This document shows, in pieces, positions 13,029 to 25,965 of a stretch of DNA of 64,000 nt. The number at the start of each line of letters is the position of its first letter. Positions within the stretch are counted from its first letter, which is position 1. A program made the position numbers and the translations under genes. The notes under the pieces were generated by a model, which saw only the letters and a program-made list of their open reading frames with translations, ran no database searches and was not told the DNA's origin. Source of the DNA: Mobula hypostoma (lineage: Eukaryota); NCBI RefSeq assembly GCF_963921235.1, contig NC_086128.1:42284001-42348000 (forward strand), given 5' to 3'.

Positions 13029-13904
13029 GTTAGATCTTTAATTATCATGGGTGAATACAAGTGTCTGTATCGAAAAAGTGCATTGATATTTGTCTTTAAT
13101 TTTCTCATTTGAAATTCATTCTCAAGATATGCCTCCTACTGTTCTTGTGGTGGCACACCAGTGGGTCTCAGGAGCTGCCGGTGCCTAACAGAATGAGTTG
13201 CAGAAAAAGCAGTTTATTAACATCAACACCTCTACCACTGCCAATTCTAAACACAAAGACATTGGCATATCATCCAAGATTACGAGCAGAACTCTGTATC
13301 CGCATATGCATCAGAACACTTTAGGATTTTAATCCTTAAATTAATTCAAAGAGATGCAAGTTAACATAGCTGCATCAGATAGTTCAAAGATTGGAAAAGG
13401 TGTTCAATATCGATATTGCGATTACATACAGAACCTAATACCCGATCCAAGGACTGCTGGACTACTTTAAGATGTAGATTCTTTGGAGGATTGTACAGAG
13501 TTTGTAACTGTAAGTACACACTTACACCTCCTATTAAAGGGAGTGAAGTGCCAGTACATTTTTCAATTAAAAGTGAAAACTATAACACACAGAACTTGGA
13601 GGGCACAGTGGCCTGAACTTTGAAGACAGTGAAAGTAGAGAGCTAGTGATCTCTTTTCCAGTCTTCCCCTTTTCCAACATTCTTTGTTGTCATGGAACAC
13701 TTGGAAGGATCTATGGCAACCAGAGCAGCCAGTCATTGTCAAAAAAATTATTACAAGGAAGAAGAACTTAAAGCCATATGAAGCATTTTAATCTAACTTG
13801 AAGCATTTTACAGACTGTTTAAGATAAAGATTAGGGCATCAGATAAGTTCAAGGTGGAAGTGAAAATATAATCAACTTTCTAAACATTTAAAAAATATTT
13901 TGAG

Positions 13905-14324
13905 CTTCTCTAACTTCCGCTAATGTCCTACCTCCCCCTCGTACCCCATCTGTTATTTATTTATATATATACATTCTCTCTCTCTCTCTCTCTCTCCTTT
14001 TTCTCCCAATGTCCCTCTGACTATACCCCTTGCCCATCCTCTGTGTCCCCCCCCCTCTGTCTTTCTCCCTGGGCCTCCTGTCCCATGATCCTCTCATATC
14101 CCTTTTGCCAATCACCTGTCCAGCTCTTGGCTCCATCCCTCCCCCTCCTGTCTTCTCCTATCATTTTGGATCTCCCCCTCCCCCTCCCACTTTCAAATCT
14201 CTTGCTATCTCTTCTTTCAGTTAGACCTGACGAAGGGTCACGGCCCGAAACGTCGACTGTACCTCTTCCAATAGATGCTGCCTGGCCTGCTGCGTTCACC
14301 AGCAACTTTTATGTGTGTTGCTTG
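13905..14324 (+). mobile_element. Penelope-like element 3' end (ORF terminus plus pLTR with hammerhead at ~14223-14258)
   Basis: Starts with FSNFR* (ORF end), then a pyrimidine-rich tract with (TC)n, then CTGACGA-A-GGGTCACGGCCC-GAAA-CGTC-GACTG; homologous to 43842-44296. Confidence 0.8.
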
Positions 14325-15076
14325 AGCTAATTACAATCTACATTGAATTATTATAGGATTGAAGCATTTACTATGCAATAATCATGGCATAATGCAGAAT
14401 TTAAAAACTCAACAAGCATTGTGGAACAAAGTTCTAACCTGTACAAGGTTTTGTAATGAATACAATTGGTAAATATATGAAAAATTTATCATCTCAACAG
14501 ACTTCTCTTTACTCCAGGGTAGAAGATTACAGCCAACAGAACTTGTCAGTGGTTAAATTCCCCTGAACAGCAACTTCAGGATTTAAGTGGTTCAAATCCT
14601 AAAGAGGCTGTTGGTCTCATGTGCAATGATGTCATTACTGGTGGTTTTCCAAAATTTGAACCATAGTAAACTGTGCATGATTAATGTCCAAAAATACAGA
14701 AATAGAGCAGTGCAGTCACTAGGCTTTTTTGCGCAGTTATCTCCATTCTGGCTGTTAGCTCTCCATGAGATCTTTAATTTCCAACTGGGTGTGATATTTA
14801 TTAGTTAGATGTGTTTCCCTAAGCGGTGAATTAAAAAAAAAACAGCAAGGGATAATAGCTGTGAAAGCATCAGTATCATTTAGACATTGTGATGTAATAT
14901 GGAGTGAATAAAATATGTAGTGTCACATTTTCAAATGCAAAGTTGGCACAATGAAGAAATTTGTAAGTAAGAATAATCATTTTACAACCTGCTCTGTGGA
15001 GCTTGCCACAGAGCAGGTTGTGAGAGGATTATTCTTATCGAGAATGATGTGGGGGGGGGGGGGAAAGAATTATATT

Positions 15077-15112
15077 GGTCCTGATGAAGGGTCTGGACCC
15101 GAAACGTCGACT
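15077..15112 (+). ncRNA. Minimal type-I hammerhead ribozyme motif in a ~95-bp Penelope-like insert (15078-15171)
   Basis: GGTC-CTGATGA-A-GGGT(CTGG)ACCC-GAAA-CGTC-GACT with an intact core and GUC triplet; flanking duplication TATATTGGT(c/t)CTG at 15071 and 15172. Confidence 0.75.
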
Positions 15113-15382
15113 GTACTCTTTTCCATGGATGCTGCCTGGTCTGCTGAGTTGCTCCAGCATTTTGTGTGTACTATATTGGTTCTGTTCCTTTTACACCACG
15201 AATATAGGTTTAAATCCATTTTAGACTGATAAGATATGTGTTTTCACCCGTTTCGTATCTTCGAGCAATGCTCAAAATGGGAATCCAGTTCTCATTCAGT
15301 TTTTAAAAATATAAAATAAGAAAACTAATATTCAATCATGGCACAAATATTATTGTACTTTTGATCTTTTAAATGTGTTTTG

Positions 15383-15721
15383 CTCATCTCCATCTACCTT
15401 AGGCCACAAACTTATTAATCACTCCGATGAGTTATTAACTGATGTGTTATTAATCTCAAACTTTCTGCATAATCACTGAAAGAGTTGGACTGCATGTGCA
15501 TGTAACGAGAGCTGTATAACTCATCTCCTTCTACCTTAGGCCACGAACTTATCAATCACCCGTGCTGGAGGCACTTTCTGGAGGTCCAAGATCCGTATGC
15601 TCCACGACTGCTGGACTAAGTGTGTAAATGTAGAAGGGGTCTACGTTGAAAAATAAATGTGCTAGGTTTTCTAAAATTGACTCCTTCTACCTTAGGCCAC
15701 GAACTTGTCAATCACCCCTCG
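15383..15721 (+). mobile_element. Mariner-derived remnant with three tandem right-TIR copies
   Basis: WTKCVNVEGVYVEK* (mariner transposase C-terminus) at ~15612-15656; unit CTCCTTCTACCTTAGGCCACGAACTTATCAATCACCC at ~15388, ~15525 and 15681; ends CCCCTCG|TA. Confidence 0.75.
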
Positions 15722-16267
15722 TACACACTTTGTTTTTATGTGCTGAGTTGCTATATTTGGGGTTTGGTTTTCTTACTGCCCCTTCTTTAGCCAACTCAGC
15801 AGGTAGCAGGAAATAGAGGCAAGACTGCTGATGTGTTCATTTCATTCTTAAGGAATATGCTGTTAAGCCATTAAGTCATCAGAGAAGGAGAGATTGAGTC
15901 CCATTTCTCTTTTGAATCCTCCCTGATTTTTCTTGGCCAATGATCATATACAGCTGAGGTAAAGTTACCATGTGCTTCAATATCCATGTGAAACTGGATG
16001 CTACTGAGACTGATCCATGGTTACCTTTGTTGTCACGTTTTCTTGAGGTGTAGTATGACACTTTAGTCATACTGTTGATACCCCCAGGGTAAAATGGTTA
16101 GACCACGTATCACATCAGAATTTTAGTGGTAGGTGTTTAACATGTCATTGTGATTTAACTGTTCAACCAACTATTTAAAGATTATCTTGATGTAAAGGCT
16201 TAAAAGAAGGCAAATATTCTGTGAGCATTGATGTAAATAGTCATTAAAATTTCAATTTGGATTTTAG

Positions 16268-16409
16268 GTGCTGTACTTGGTTTTCTGCTAGGCCAACGTA
16301 TACCCGAGAATTTGAAATTAATTCAATACGTTGTGACCTCAGTTGTATTGCTGCTCAGTGCTATGTGCCTGTACTGGGGATTGCATTACTTTGGAGTCAA
16401 TGTTGCCTG
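16268..16409 (+). CDS. G6PC3: G6PC3 coding exon 5 (142 nt)
   Basis: Acceptor attttag|GT; encodes GAVLGFLLGQRIPENLKLIQYVVTSVVLLLSAMCLYWGLHYFGVNVAW; donor TG|gtaagt. Confidence 0.93.
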
Positions 16410-16540
16410 GTAAGTACAGAATTTTTTACTCGTTGTCATTCTGGCAGTTATTGCTTGTGTGAAGTTTTATTTTGGAAAATTCCTGTGTGTTTTATGTGGC
16501 AAACTTCTTTAAGAGAAAGTAAGTACAATTAGGAAAGAGA

Positions 16541-17121
16541 TGAAACACTGGTTTCCTCGGCTGCATAAGCCTAGGGAAGACAATCTTCAGCCCTGTCAAA
16601 CGTGTGAGATTGAGGTGCGAGATCTCCCCCCTCCCCCCCAAGCCCCTGTTTGTGTGGATGCTGTGTAATTGGCTACGCTGTTACAAATTAGTGCTACGAA
16701 ATAACAGACAGTACACTACATGCAATTAAAGGAATTATATTTATGAATCTTAACTAACGGGTTAGTAAAGAATAATAAAAAGAAAAGGGCCCATTTTAAT
16801 TAAACAGTCAAATGTGCACAAGTTGGAGCTCATCTTGAACTTCTCTGTCACTCACGCACTGGGCCCTCGATAAACGTGAAAGCACACACCACCTTCCGAA
16901 CGTCGCTCACAATGCATCTCGAACAAACGGGTCTCCCATTGGATCATATGTTATGACCAGTTCTCCTCAGTGTCTTCTCTCTTCATCTCCTCTCGAACAA
17001 ACATGATCCCTTATCTTCAACAGTAACCTAAACAGGCTGAAAGTAGAACAAGCAGCTCTTACAAAGCTGCTAAATGAAATACCTACAGCATAACAGTAAA
17101 GATGTGAACCAGGGCACTACA
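16541..17121. mobile_element. Possible solo LTR
   Basis: TG...CA ends with a short imperfect inverted repeat (TGAAACACTGGTT / AACCAGGGCACTACA); CpG-richer than flanks; no clear TSD. Confidence 0.35.
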
Positions 17122-17879
17122 AGGGGGAAAAAAAACAGATTTTAGGGAGAAGAAAATTTTTCTGCCCAATGATTGTAGTTAGAAGGTAGAGGTGAGAAAT
17201 ACAGCATAAAAACAGACCCTTCAGCTCACCAATCCCTGTTGACCATCAAACACTGATCCTCCCCTAACTCATTTTCTCCACTCCACATTCCAACCTGTCA
17301 TTCCCAGATTCTACCATCTGCCCGCCAGGGGCAATTTACAGTGGTCAGTTCACGTACCAATCCACGCATACTTGAGACATGGGAGGAAACCAAAGCACCC
17401 AGAGAAAATCCTGACATTTTTATGCACCCAAACTCCACACAGACAGCATGAAGATCAGCATTGAACACAGGAAGCTGGATCTGCGAGGCAGCATTTCTAC
17501 TAACTACACCATCTTCTACTCTCATGAAGAAAGTAAAATGCACATTTCTTAAATAGAACCAGCTCCTAAATTACTTTTTTTTAAAAGGTTATGGTATAGT
17601 TTAGTTGAAGGGACCTTTGCTGCTAAATAGTAAAAGATGTGTTGTTCAGGCAAAGCTAAAAGAAACACTTCTAGAACATCATCCCCAATTAGTAGCTAAA
17701 CATGCTGTATAACAGCAGTGCTGCCTTTTACTTGGCTTGCAAATATAGTTCCATGGAAGCCAATGAAAATGAATTTTGGAAGTTGAGGGAAAATTCTTGA
17801 CAAGGATTGCAATTTCTTACTTTTTTCCCCTACCTCATACATATTGCTGTGGTTTGAATATTGGCTAAATGTATTAACA

Positions 17880-18520
17880 CCATAGTAGGTCAGAAGTTGC
17901 AGCTGAAAGTCAAGAGGTTATGTTGTTACTTTATAGAACTCTGGTTAGGCCACATCTGGAGTATTACATACAGTTCTGGTCACCCCACTCTAGGAAGGAT
18001 GATGACGCTTTGGGGAGGGTGCAGAAGAGGTTTACCAGGATGCTGCCTGATTTAGAGGGCATGTGCTATCTTAAGAGGTTGGACAATCTTGGGTTGTTTT
18101 CTTTGGAACGGTAGAGGCAGAGGGGAGATCGTTAGAGGTTTATAAGCCTACAAGATAGATAGCGTAGACGGGGGAGATCTTTCTCCCAGGGCAGAAATGG
18201 CTAATACCTGAGGGCATGCATTGAAGGTGAGAGGGGGTAGGTTTGAGAGGGATGTGAGGGGTAAGATTTTTACTCAGAGGGTGGGGATGCCTGCCATCTG
18301 CTGCCTGGTATGGTGGTAGAGGCAAATACATTAGAGGCTTTTAAAGAGACATTTAAATAGGCACATGAATGTGAGGAAGATGGATGGAGATGGACATTGT
18401 GTAGATAGAAGGGATTAGTTTTTTTTGGGGAGGAGTGGTTGGTTTACTTTTCAGCTGATTTGGCGTGACATTGTGTGCTGAAGGGTCTGTTCCTGTGCTG
18501 TACTGTTCTATGTTCTATTT
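17880..18520 (+). mobile_element. Degenerate CR1 LINE 3' fragment
   Basis: LYRTLVRPHLEYYIQFWSP...RFTRMLP...LGLFSLE followed by a CR1 3'UTR. Confidence 0.8.
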
Positions 18521-18567
18521 GTCAGCAACAGAGATAAGTGAGAAGGACAAAATAAATAGAGACACTC

Positions 18568-18598
<31 letters not shown>

Positions 18599-18629
18599 GT
18601 TGGGGAAGACAAAGTTACAAATCAGCATT

Positions 18630-20770
18630 GACGGTGGATATGCAATGGCAAGCATTTAAAGGTTGCATGGATGAACTACAACAATTGTTCATCCCAGTTT
18701 GGCAAAAGAATAAATCAAGGAAGGTAGTGCACCCGTGACTGACAGGAGAAATTAGGGATAGTATCAATTCCAAAGAAGTAGCATACAAATTAGCCAGAGA
18801 AAGTGGCTCACCTGAGGACTGGGAGAAATTCAGAGTTCAGCAGAGGAGGACAAAGGGCTTAATTAGGAAGGGGAAAAAAGATTATGAGAGAAAACTGGCA
18901 GGGAACATAAAAATGGACTGTAAAAGCTTTTATAGATATGTAAAAAGGAAAAGACTGGTAAAGACAAATGTAGGTCCCCTGCAGACAGAAACAGGTGAAT
19001 TGATTGTGGGGAGCAAGGACATGGCAGACCAATTGAATAATTACTTTGGTTCTGTCTTCACTAAGGAGGACATAAATAATCTTCCAGAAATAGTAGGGGA
19101 CAGAGGGTCCAGTGAGATGGAGAAACTGAGTGAAATACATGTTAGTAGGGAAGTGGTGTTAGGTAAATTGAAGGGATTGAAGGCAGATAAATCCCCAGGG
19201 CCAGATGGTCTGCATCCTAGAGTGCTTAAGGAAGTAGCCCAAGAAATAGTGGATGCATTAGTGATAATTTTTCAAAACTCGTTAGATTCTGGACTAGTTC
19301 CTGAGGATTGGAGGGTGGCTAATGTAACCCCACTTTTTAAAAAAGGAGGGAGAGAGAAACCGGGGAATTATAGACCGGTTAGCCTAACGTTGGTGGTGGG
19401 GAAACTGCTGGAGTCAGTTACCAAAGATGTGATAACAGCACATTTGGAAAGCGGTGAAATCATCAGACAAAGTCAGCATGGATTTGTGAAAGGAAAATCA
19501 TATCTGACGAATCTCATAGAATTTTTTGAGGATGTAACTAGTAGAGTGGATAGGGGAGAACCAGTGGATGTGGTATATTTGGATTTTCAAAAGGCTTTTG
19601 ACAAGGTTCCACACAGGAGGTTAGTGTGCAAACTTAAAGCACACGGTATTGGGGGTAAGGTATTGGTGTGGGTGGAGAACTGGTTAGCAGACAGGAAGCA
19701 AAGAGTGGGACTAAACGGGACCTTTTCAGAATGGCAGGCGGTGACTAGTGGGGTACCGCAAGGTTCAGTGCTGGGACCCCAGTTGTTTACAATATATATT
19801 AATGACTTGGATGAGGGAATTAAATGCAGCATCTCCAAGTTTGCGGATGACACGAAGCTGGGTGGCAGTGTTAGCAGTGAGGAGGATGCTGAGAGGATGC
19901 AGGGTGACTTGGATAGGTTGGGTGAGTGGGCAAACTCATGGCAGATGCAATTTAATGTGGATAAATGTGAAGTTATCCACTTTGGTGGCAAAAATAGGAA
20001 AACAGATTATTATCTGAATGGTGGCCGATTAGGAAAAGGGGAGGTGCAACGAGACCTGGGTGTCATTATACACCAATCATTGAAAGAGGGCATGCAGGTA
20101 CAGCAGGCGGTGAAAAAGGCGAATGGTATGCTGGCATTTATAGCGAGAGGATTCGAGTACAGGAGCAGGGAGGTACTACTGCAGTTGTACAAGGCCTTGG
20201 TGAGACCACACCTGGAGTATTGTGTGCAGTTTTGGTCCCCTAATCTGAGGAAAGACATCTTTGCCATTGAGGGAGTACAAAGAAGGTTCACCAGATTGAT
20301 TCCTGGGATGGCAGGACTTTCATATGAAGAAAGACTGGATGAACTGGGCTTGTACTCGTTGGAATTTAAAAGATTGAGGGGGGATCTGATTGAAACGTAT
20401 AAGATCCTTAAGGGATTGGACAGGCTAGATGCAGGAAGATTGTTCCCAATGTTGGGGAAGTCCAGAACGAGGGGCCACAGTTTGAGGATAGAGGGGAAGC
20501 CTTTTAGGACTGAGATTAGGAAAAACTTCTTCACACAGAGAGTGGTGAATCTGTGGAATTCTCTGCCACAGCAAACTGTTGAGGCCAGTTCATTGGCTAT
20601 ATTTAAGAGGGAGTTAGATATGGCCCTTGTGGCTACGGGGGTCAGGGGGTATGGAGGGAAGGCTGGGGCGGGGTTCTGAGTTGGATGATCAGCCATGATC
20701 ATAATAAATGGCGGTGCAGCCTCGAAGGGCCGAATGGCCTACTCCTGCACCTATTTTCTATGTTTCTATG
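18630..20770 (+). mobile_element. Young 5'-truncated CR1/HER1 LINE with uninterrupted 588-aa RT ORF (18913-20679)
   Basis: KSPGPDG, NYRPVSLT, LDFQKAFDKV, GVPQGSVLGP and KFADD motifs; 3' hairpin and (TTCTATGT)n tail; the same frame continues upstream past a single TGA at 18736. Confidence 0.95.
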
Positions 20771-21074
20771 AAACAATGTAGCAAAGATATGAAAGACTTC
20801 AGTACACTTGACTTGCTATTGCATAGATACTCCAGACAATGGCAGTGGTATTCTATGTATGCCTGGATACAATTTCTGGAACTTTGTCCATAGCTTCCTG
20901 GTTCCTCAGCTCCTCCCCCAACCACCCTGTGCTTCAGTGAGATCCTCCTTCTCAGAAATTTCCTTCTCTATTCACCTCTGTCCAGCAGTGACTGTGCACC
21001 CCACATCGCTAAATACAGTCTTCCCAGAAGACCCCATTCAGTGATTATCACCCATCCCAATCCTCCACTGAAAC

Positions 21075-21490
21075 CTACCAAATATTGAAACATCTAGATA
21101 GCGTGGACATGGAGAAGATGTCCTAGAGGGTACAGAGGGGACATCCTCAGAATACAAGGATGTCCCTTTAGAACAGAGATGAAGACGTATTCCATTAGCC
21201 AGAGGGTGGTGAATCTGTGGAACTCATTGCCATTGATGGTTCAAATTCAAGTTCCAAGTTTAATTATCATTTGACCATACACATGAATACAGCCAAACAA
21301 AACAGCATGGAGGCCAAGTCATTGGGTATATTTAAAGTGGATATTGATAGGTTCTTGATTAGTAAGGGAATCAAATGTTACAGGGAGAAGGCAGGCCATG
21401 GGGTTGAGGGGGAGAATAAATCAGCCAGGATTGAATGGTAGAGCAGACTTGATTGGTCAAATAGCCTAATTCTGCTCCTATGTCTTGTGG
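21075..21490 (+). mobile_element. Degenerate CR1 3' fragment
   Basis: CAGAGGGTGGTGAATCTGTGGAA...CTAATTCTGCTCCTATGTCTT tail matching other CR1 copies. Confidence 0.7.
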
Positions 21491-21779
21491 TCTAAAATCC
21501 ACACCTCCACACAAGCCCCCAACAACCGATACCAGTTTCCCCTGCTCACCGCCCACTCCAACAACTGATTTCTTTTCATCTATACCTCACCACAGTCTCC
21601 AGCAGCTGACTCTGAATGTACGTCCATTGGTCCCGTTCCTTTACCAATCACAACCTCCCAGCTCTCTAATCCCTATCCTTACCCCACTTCTCCCCAGCCC
21701 CAAGTCAATCTTCACTATGGTAAGGCTTTTGCTGAGGTTCTGCACAGGCTTGTGCAGATGATTTGGGCATAAGTGATCA

Positions 21780-22445
21780 GAGGCATGTTAGAAAACTGGA
21801 TCTATAATTGGCTTTGTCATAGGATGAGGGTAGTGGTGGATAGATGTTTTACTGACTGGAGATCAAGAGGTGTACTAAAGGGATCAGTATTATGACCATT
21901 GTTGTTTGTAATATACAGTACATAAATGACCTGGATGAGAATGTAGGTGGTATAAGTTTGCAGATGACATGAAAATTATTGAAGTCATAGGTTGTGAAGA
22001 AGGTGTCTAAGGATACAGCAGGACACAGATCAGCTGGAAAGTTAGGTGAAGCAACGACAGATGGAATTTAATGCAGACCAGTATGAGGTAAATTCTGATG
22101 GGATATATAAAGTAAGTGGCAGGGACCATAGGAGTGTTGTTGTATAGAGAGACCCTGGAGTAGGGGTCCAGAGCTCCCCGAAAATGGCAACATTGGTGGA
22201 CAGTTTACTGAAATATTCATTTGGTATGATTGCCTTCATAGGATGAGGGACTGAGTGTAAGAGTTTGGATGTCATATTGCTTGTTACAAAATATTGGTAA
22301 GATCACACTTAAGTATTGTGTACACTTCTGGCCACCACACTATTGGGAGGATGTGGTTTCAATACAGTGAGTGCAGAAGACATTTAGTAGGATATTGCTT
22401 GGAATGGAGGGGTGTAAGGAGAGATTGGATAGGGTTATTCTCATT
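21780..22445 (+). mobile_element. Old CR1 RT remnant
   Basis: Fragmentary INDLDE, KFADD, QMEFNA and FWPP-like motifs with many stops. Confidence 0.65.
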
Positions 22446-25027
22446 GAAGTAACATTATAGTGATTGATGCCTTGTCTGGGGTTCTTGGGGAGAGGAGACT
22501 GGCAGTGGGGGGGGGGGGGAGGAATCTATTTGGGAATTTTGGTGTGGATAGAGTTCAAAGCTTGAGAGGGGAAGGAACCTAGAGATTTAAGAAGGAATGG
22601 CTTCCTGTGCCTGGTGGATGCTCTCTGGCTAACAAATAGATCAGGTATGCTTAAAATTAAAGGGGTCCTACCAGAGCTGGCTTATTGGAGCTCAGGTCTG
22701 AATGCTGTGGGAGGTCTCCTTTAAATTAGCAAGCATACCTTGGAACAACATGTCCTAATGTCTCTGACAAAAGAGCACTTTATGGGAAATAACATCTTCG
22801 TACATGCTACTAGCGCATACAATGCATGGGACTACATGGTAAAATTTCTGAAATGAAGTGATTCAGTGTGGTCGCAACCACATTTCAGTCTGGAAATAAG
22901 TGATTTTAACATGCATGCTGCTGAACCAAAGAGCACACCAGAAATTCAGCACAAAGGTGTGACAAAACACAATATATGGGTGGGGGGGTGGTGGGTGTGC
23001 AATGCTTTGTAGGATGAAAGTGTATACAAAATGCATGGCACTGAGAATTAAGAGCATGACTGATGTAAGACGTCTCACCTTGATGCTGCTTCATAATGTA
23101 ATGTATCAATCTTTTAATTAATACAATCAGAGCAATTTCAGTTAATTATTTTCATGCCAGACTCGTATAGGTAGTTTGTTAATTTTAGGTGGACATTATA
23201 ATTTCAGAATGAATCTGAAACTGACTTTGCAATCAACAGGTGAAATGACTGAGCCTGGAAAATGTTGTGAATAGTTTTGTAACTGCAGTAGAAGTGTTTA
23301 TTTAGTTTTCAGCTTTCATTTGGGCAGGCTTTCAGATCTTTTTAAATTCATTGCACTGCACATAAATGTTTCAAATGCGTTTGGCTAGTAAAGGAATTAA
23401 GCCTTCTGGATTTGAACAACTGCAGACACACAATGTTTCTTGTTTAGCTTTTTTTTTCAGTAGCAGGTCAAGTAATTGCTCAATAAACTGATTATTTTCA
23501 TATTGCTAAGAGATGCATTGAAGCCAGACTAGTTAATTGATTATAACAGCAGCCCTTGTGGAAATTTCTCTTCCAAGAAATTCTTCACTCCAATTTTTAT
23601 TCAAAGAATTCCACTTTATCCAGAAAATGGCAAGAATGAGACTGGAGCAGGGAAGCAACATCCTGTGCATGTTAACTCAACATTATTTCCTTTTTGCTTA
23701 TAAAAGCATTCAGAAAATCTGTTGATTTTCTCTGAGTTCTTTTCTAGCTCCCTAAGTTGTTTCAGTAATTATTAAATAAATGAAGGCTGTTGAATAATTT
23801 AGCTTGGTGGTATGTTGATTACCTTTTATTAATAATCATTTGAGGAATATCCCTCAATTTACATCATTATTTTCCAGTTAGGCTTGCGTTAAAACAACAC
23901 AGCAGGCCACTTCAGCCCATCAGGCTCTCAACTGAGCAATCCTGTTAGAATGTTTTTCCTGTCTTTATTTCTCTGTAACCTGCTCTTTTTCACATAAGCC
24001 CATCAGTGTACAGTGTATTATTCTTTTTTGCCATCCACCTCAGTCCAGGGTAATTTACAATGGCCATTTAATCTTTGCTGTTGGAGGAAAATGGATCACT
24101 CAGAGAGAAAGCCCACAAGGTCATGCTGAGAGCATGTAAACTTCACGCTGTCAGTAGGCGAAGTTGGGCTTCAACCTAGTTCTCTGCAATGCAAGCAGCC
24201 TCTGTGTCATCCAAGTACCTATAATCTCACACACTGAGTTCTTTATTTAGAGTGGAATTAATACCAGGTACTTTCCTCTGCAAGAAGAAAGACTTCAAAA
24301 GAAAAATTACTTCACTCCTTCAATTTTCAAGGAAGAGTTTACCTTTATGATTTTGAAGTACTTTAGATGAATTTTTTTTGTTGCAGCCTCTGAATTTACT
24401 ACACCCAGCAAACATATGCCCAGTGATTTTTGTTCCCTTCATTATTTTGTTAACAACATCTATTATCTTTGCCAAGCAGGGAGAAAGTGACTATTTTCTT
24501 CCTGTGATGGAAATCTTTTCTTTTAACAGTTGATATAGTCAGTGTTTTGAAGTTGAGAAAGTGTTCTGAAGTGTGCAGAGTTCCACACACAGAAATGCTT
24601 ACAAAGCACTGTTTTGCAACACAATTTGAAATTCTTATCATATGGTTTTATGCCAATCTGATCAGAGCTTTCAGGCAGGGAGAAGTGATGGTTAGTCTGA
24701 TATTTTTCACAAATGCACATTGTTGCAGAGCCAATATTTAATGTCAGCATGTCCACTCTTCAGGCTTTTCCCACAGTCTGCAGGAATTAATCTTCTAAAC
24801 GTTGCTCTAAGCAACCAGGTTTAAAAAAAAAGTGGATTTCTAAATAGGTATTTTTCTCCTTTCTTTTGTACATGTGGGAGCAATAGCTATTGATTGGCTG
24901 AAGCACATAATGAAAATTCCAATAAAAATGTTGCCTTGACTCTGGTTGCAAATTAAAGTATGTAAGAATTTTATTATGTTTAAAGGTGCATGCTCATTTG
25001 AAACTAATTCAGTCTTGGGTGTTCTAG

Positions 25028-25391
25028 GACAATTTTGCTTGCTACCAAGTGGTGTGCCAATCCTGAATGGATCCGACTGGACACTAGGCCGTTCTCCTCA
25101 CTAAGCAGGGATGCAGGGGCAATCCTCGGACTTGGCATTGGACTCTCCTCACCGTTGTATGCAAGTACACTGGGATGGAAGATGACATGGAAGATGAAAG
25201 TAGTCTGCATTGCTCTCTGTGAGCTCATCATTGAGATAATGGATCAAGTCCCGATGCCGAAGTACTCCACTATTCTGTTTTATGTTCTGTGTTACCTGAA
25301 GAATGCATTTGTTCCCATTCTGGTGACTGCCATTATGCCCTGGCTGGTCCATTCCATTTTTCAAATTCAGCCAACTAAGAAACAACAGTAA
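25028..25391 (+). CDS. G6PC3: G6PC3 coding exon 6 (364 nt including TAA)
   Basis: Acceptor gttctag|G; encodes TILLATKWCANPEWIRLDTRPFSSLSRDAG...PTKKQQ*. The six exons total 1044 nt, giving 347 aa in frame. Confidence 0.95.
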
Positions 25392-25874
25392 CAACCAAAA
25401 AAAGTATTTTAAAATGCTTTTTGCCTTCTCCTGATGCACTATTAGTACTAATATACATCACTCAAGACCACCTCAATATTGTATGCTCATCTGAATCAAA
25501 GCTGTGAAACTTTTGAGAGTGTGGATGGTCCTTACATTGAGCTATACTGTTTAGTGATATGCACTGCAGATGTGTCTAACTTCTAGCTCCCCTTCTACAG
25601 CTCTAAGTTTCCATAACCAGAGAAGCAACTACCTGACTACTACCCTTCATATATGATGTGTCAACTTAGTTAACTAAGACATACAGTACTGTACAAGTCT
25701 TGGGTGTGTCTGGTCCACCAGGCAAAGTGTCATTTGATTTTAGACAATTAGTTTATTGATCATTACAGAATGTCTCTCTGGTGTTTCCCACTCCCTCCCC
25801 TCTCCCTTCCCCTTTTTTCCAACCATGATTCCCCTCTTGCTGCCCCCTTTCCACTCAGCCCACAATGGAGACCC

Positions 25875-25965
25875 ATATCAGAATCAGGTTTATCATCACT
25901 CACATATGTCATGAAATTCATTTTTTTTGTGTGGCAGCTGTACAGTGCAATACATAATACTACTA
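25875..25965 (-). mobile_element. Rex1/Babar-type 3' tail fragment
   Basis: TCAGAATCAGGTTTATCATCACT shared with the 58726 and 56487 tails. Confidence 0.5.

Noticed and set aside
15383-15721. Spaced direct repeats resembling a CRISPR array
   Set aside because: Vertebrate context, spacers over 100 bp, and the repeat is a mariner TIR next to a transposase C-terminus.
18568-18599. Poly(A) run followed by poly(G)
   Set aside because: Simple homopolymers with no associated TSD or retrogene.
19587-20702. Long antisense ORFs (134 and 230 aa), also at 8972-9328 and 36545-37117
   Set aside because: Shadow frames of the CR1 RT, recurring in each copy.
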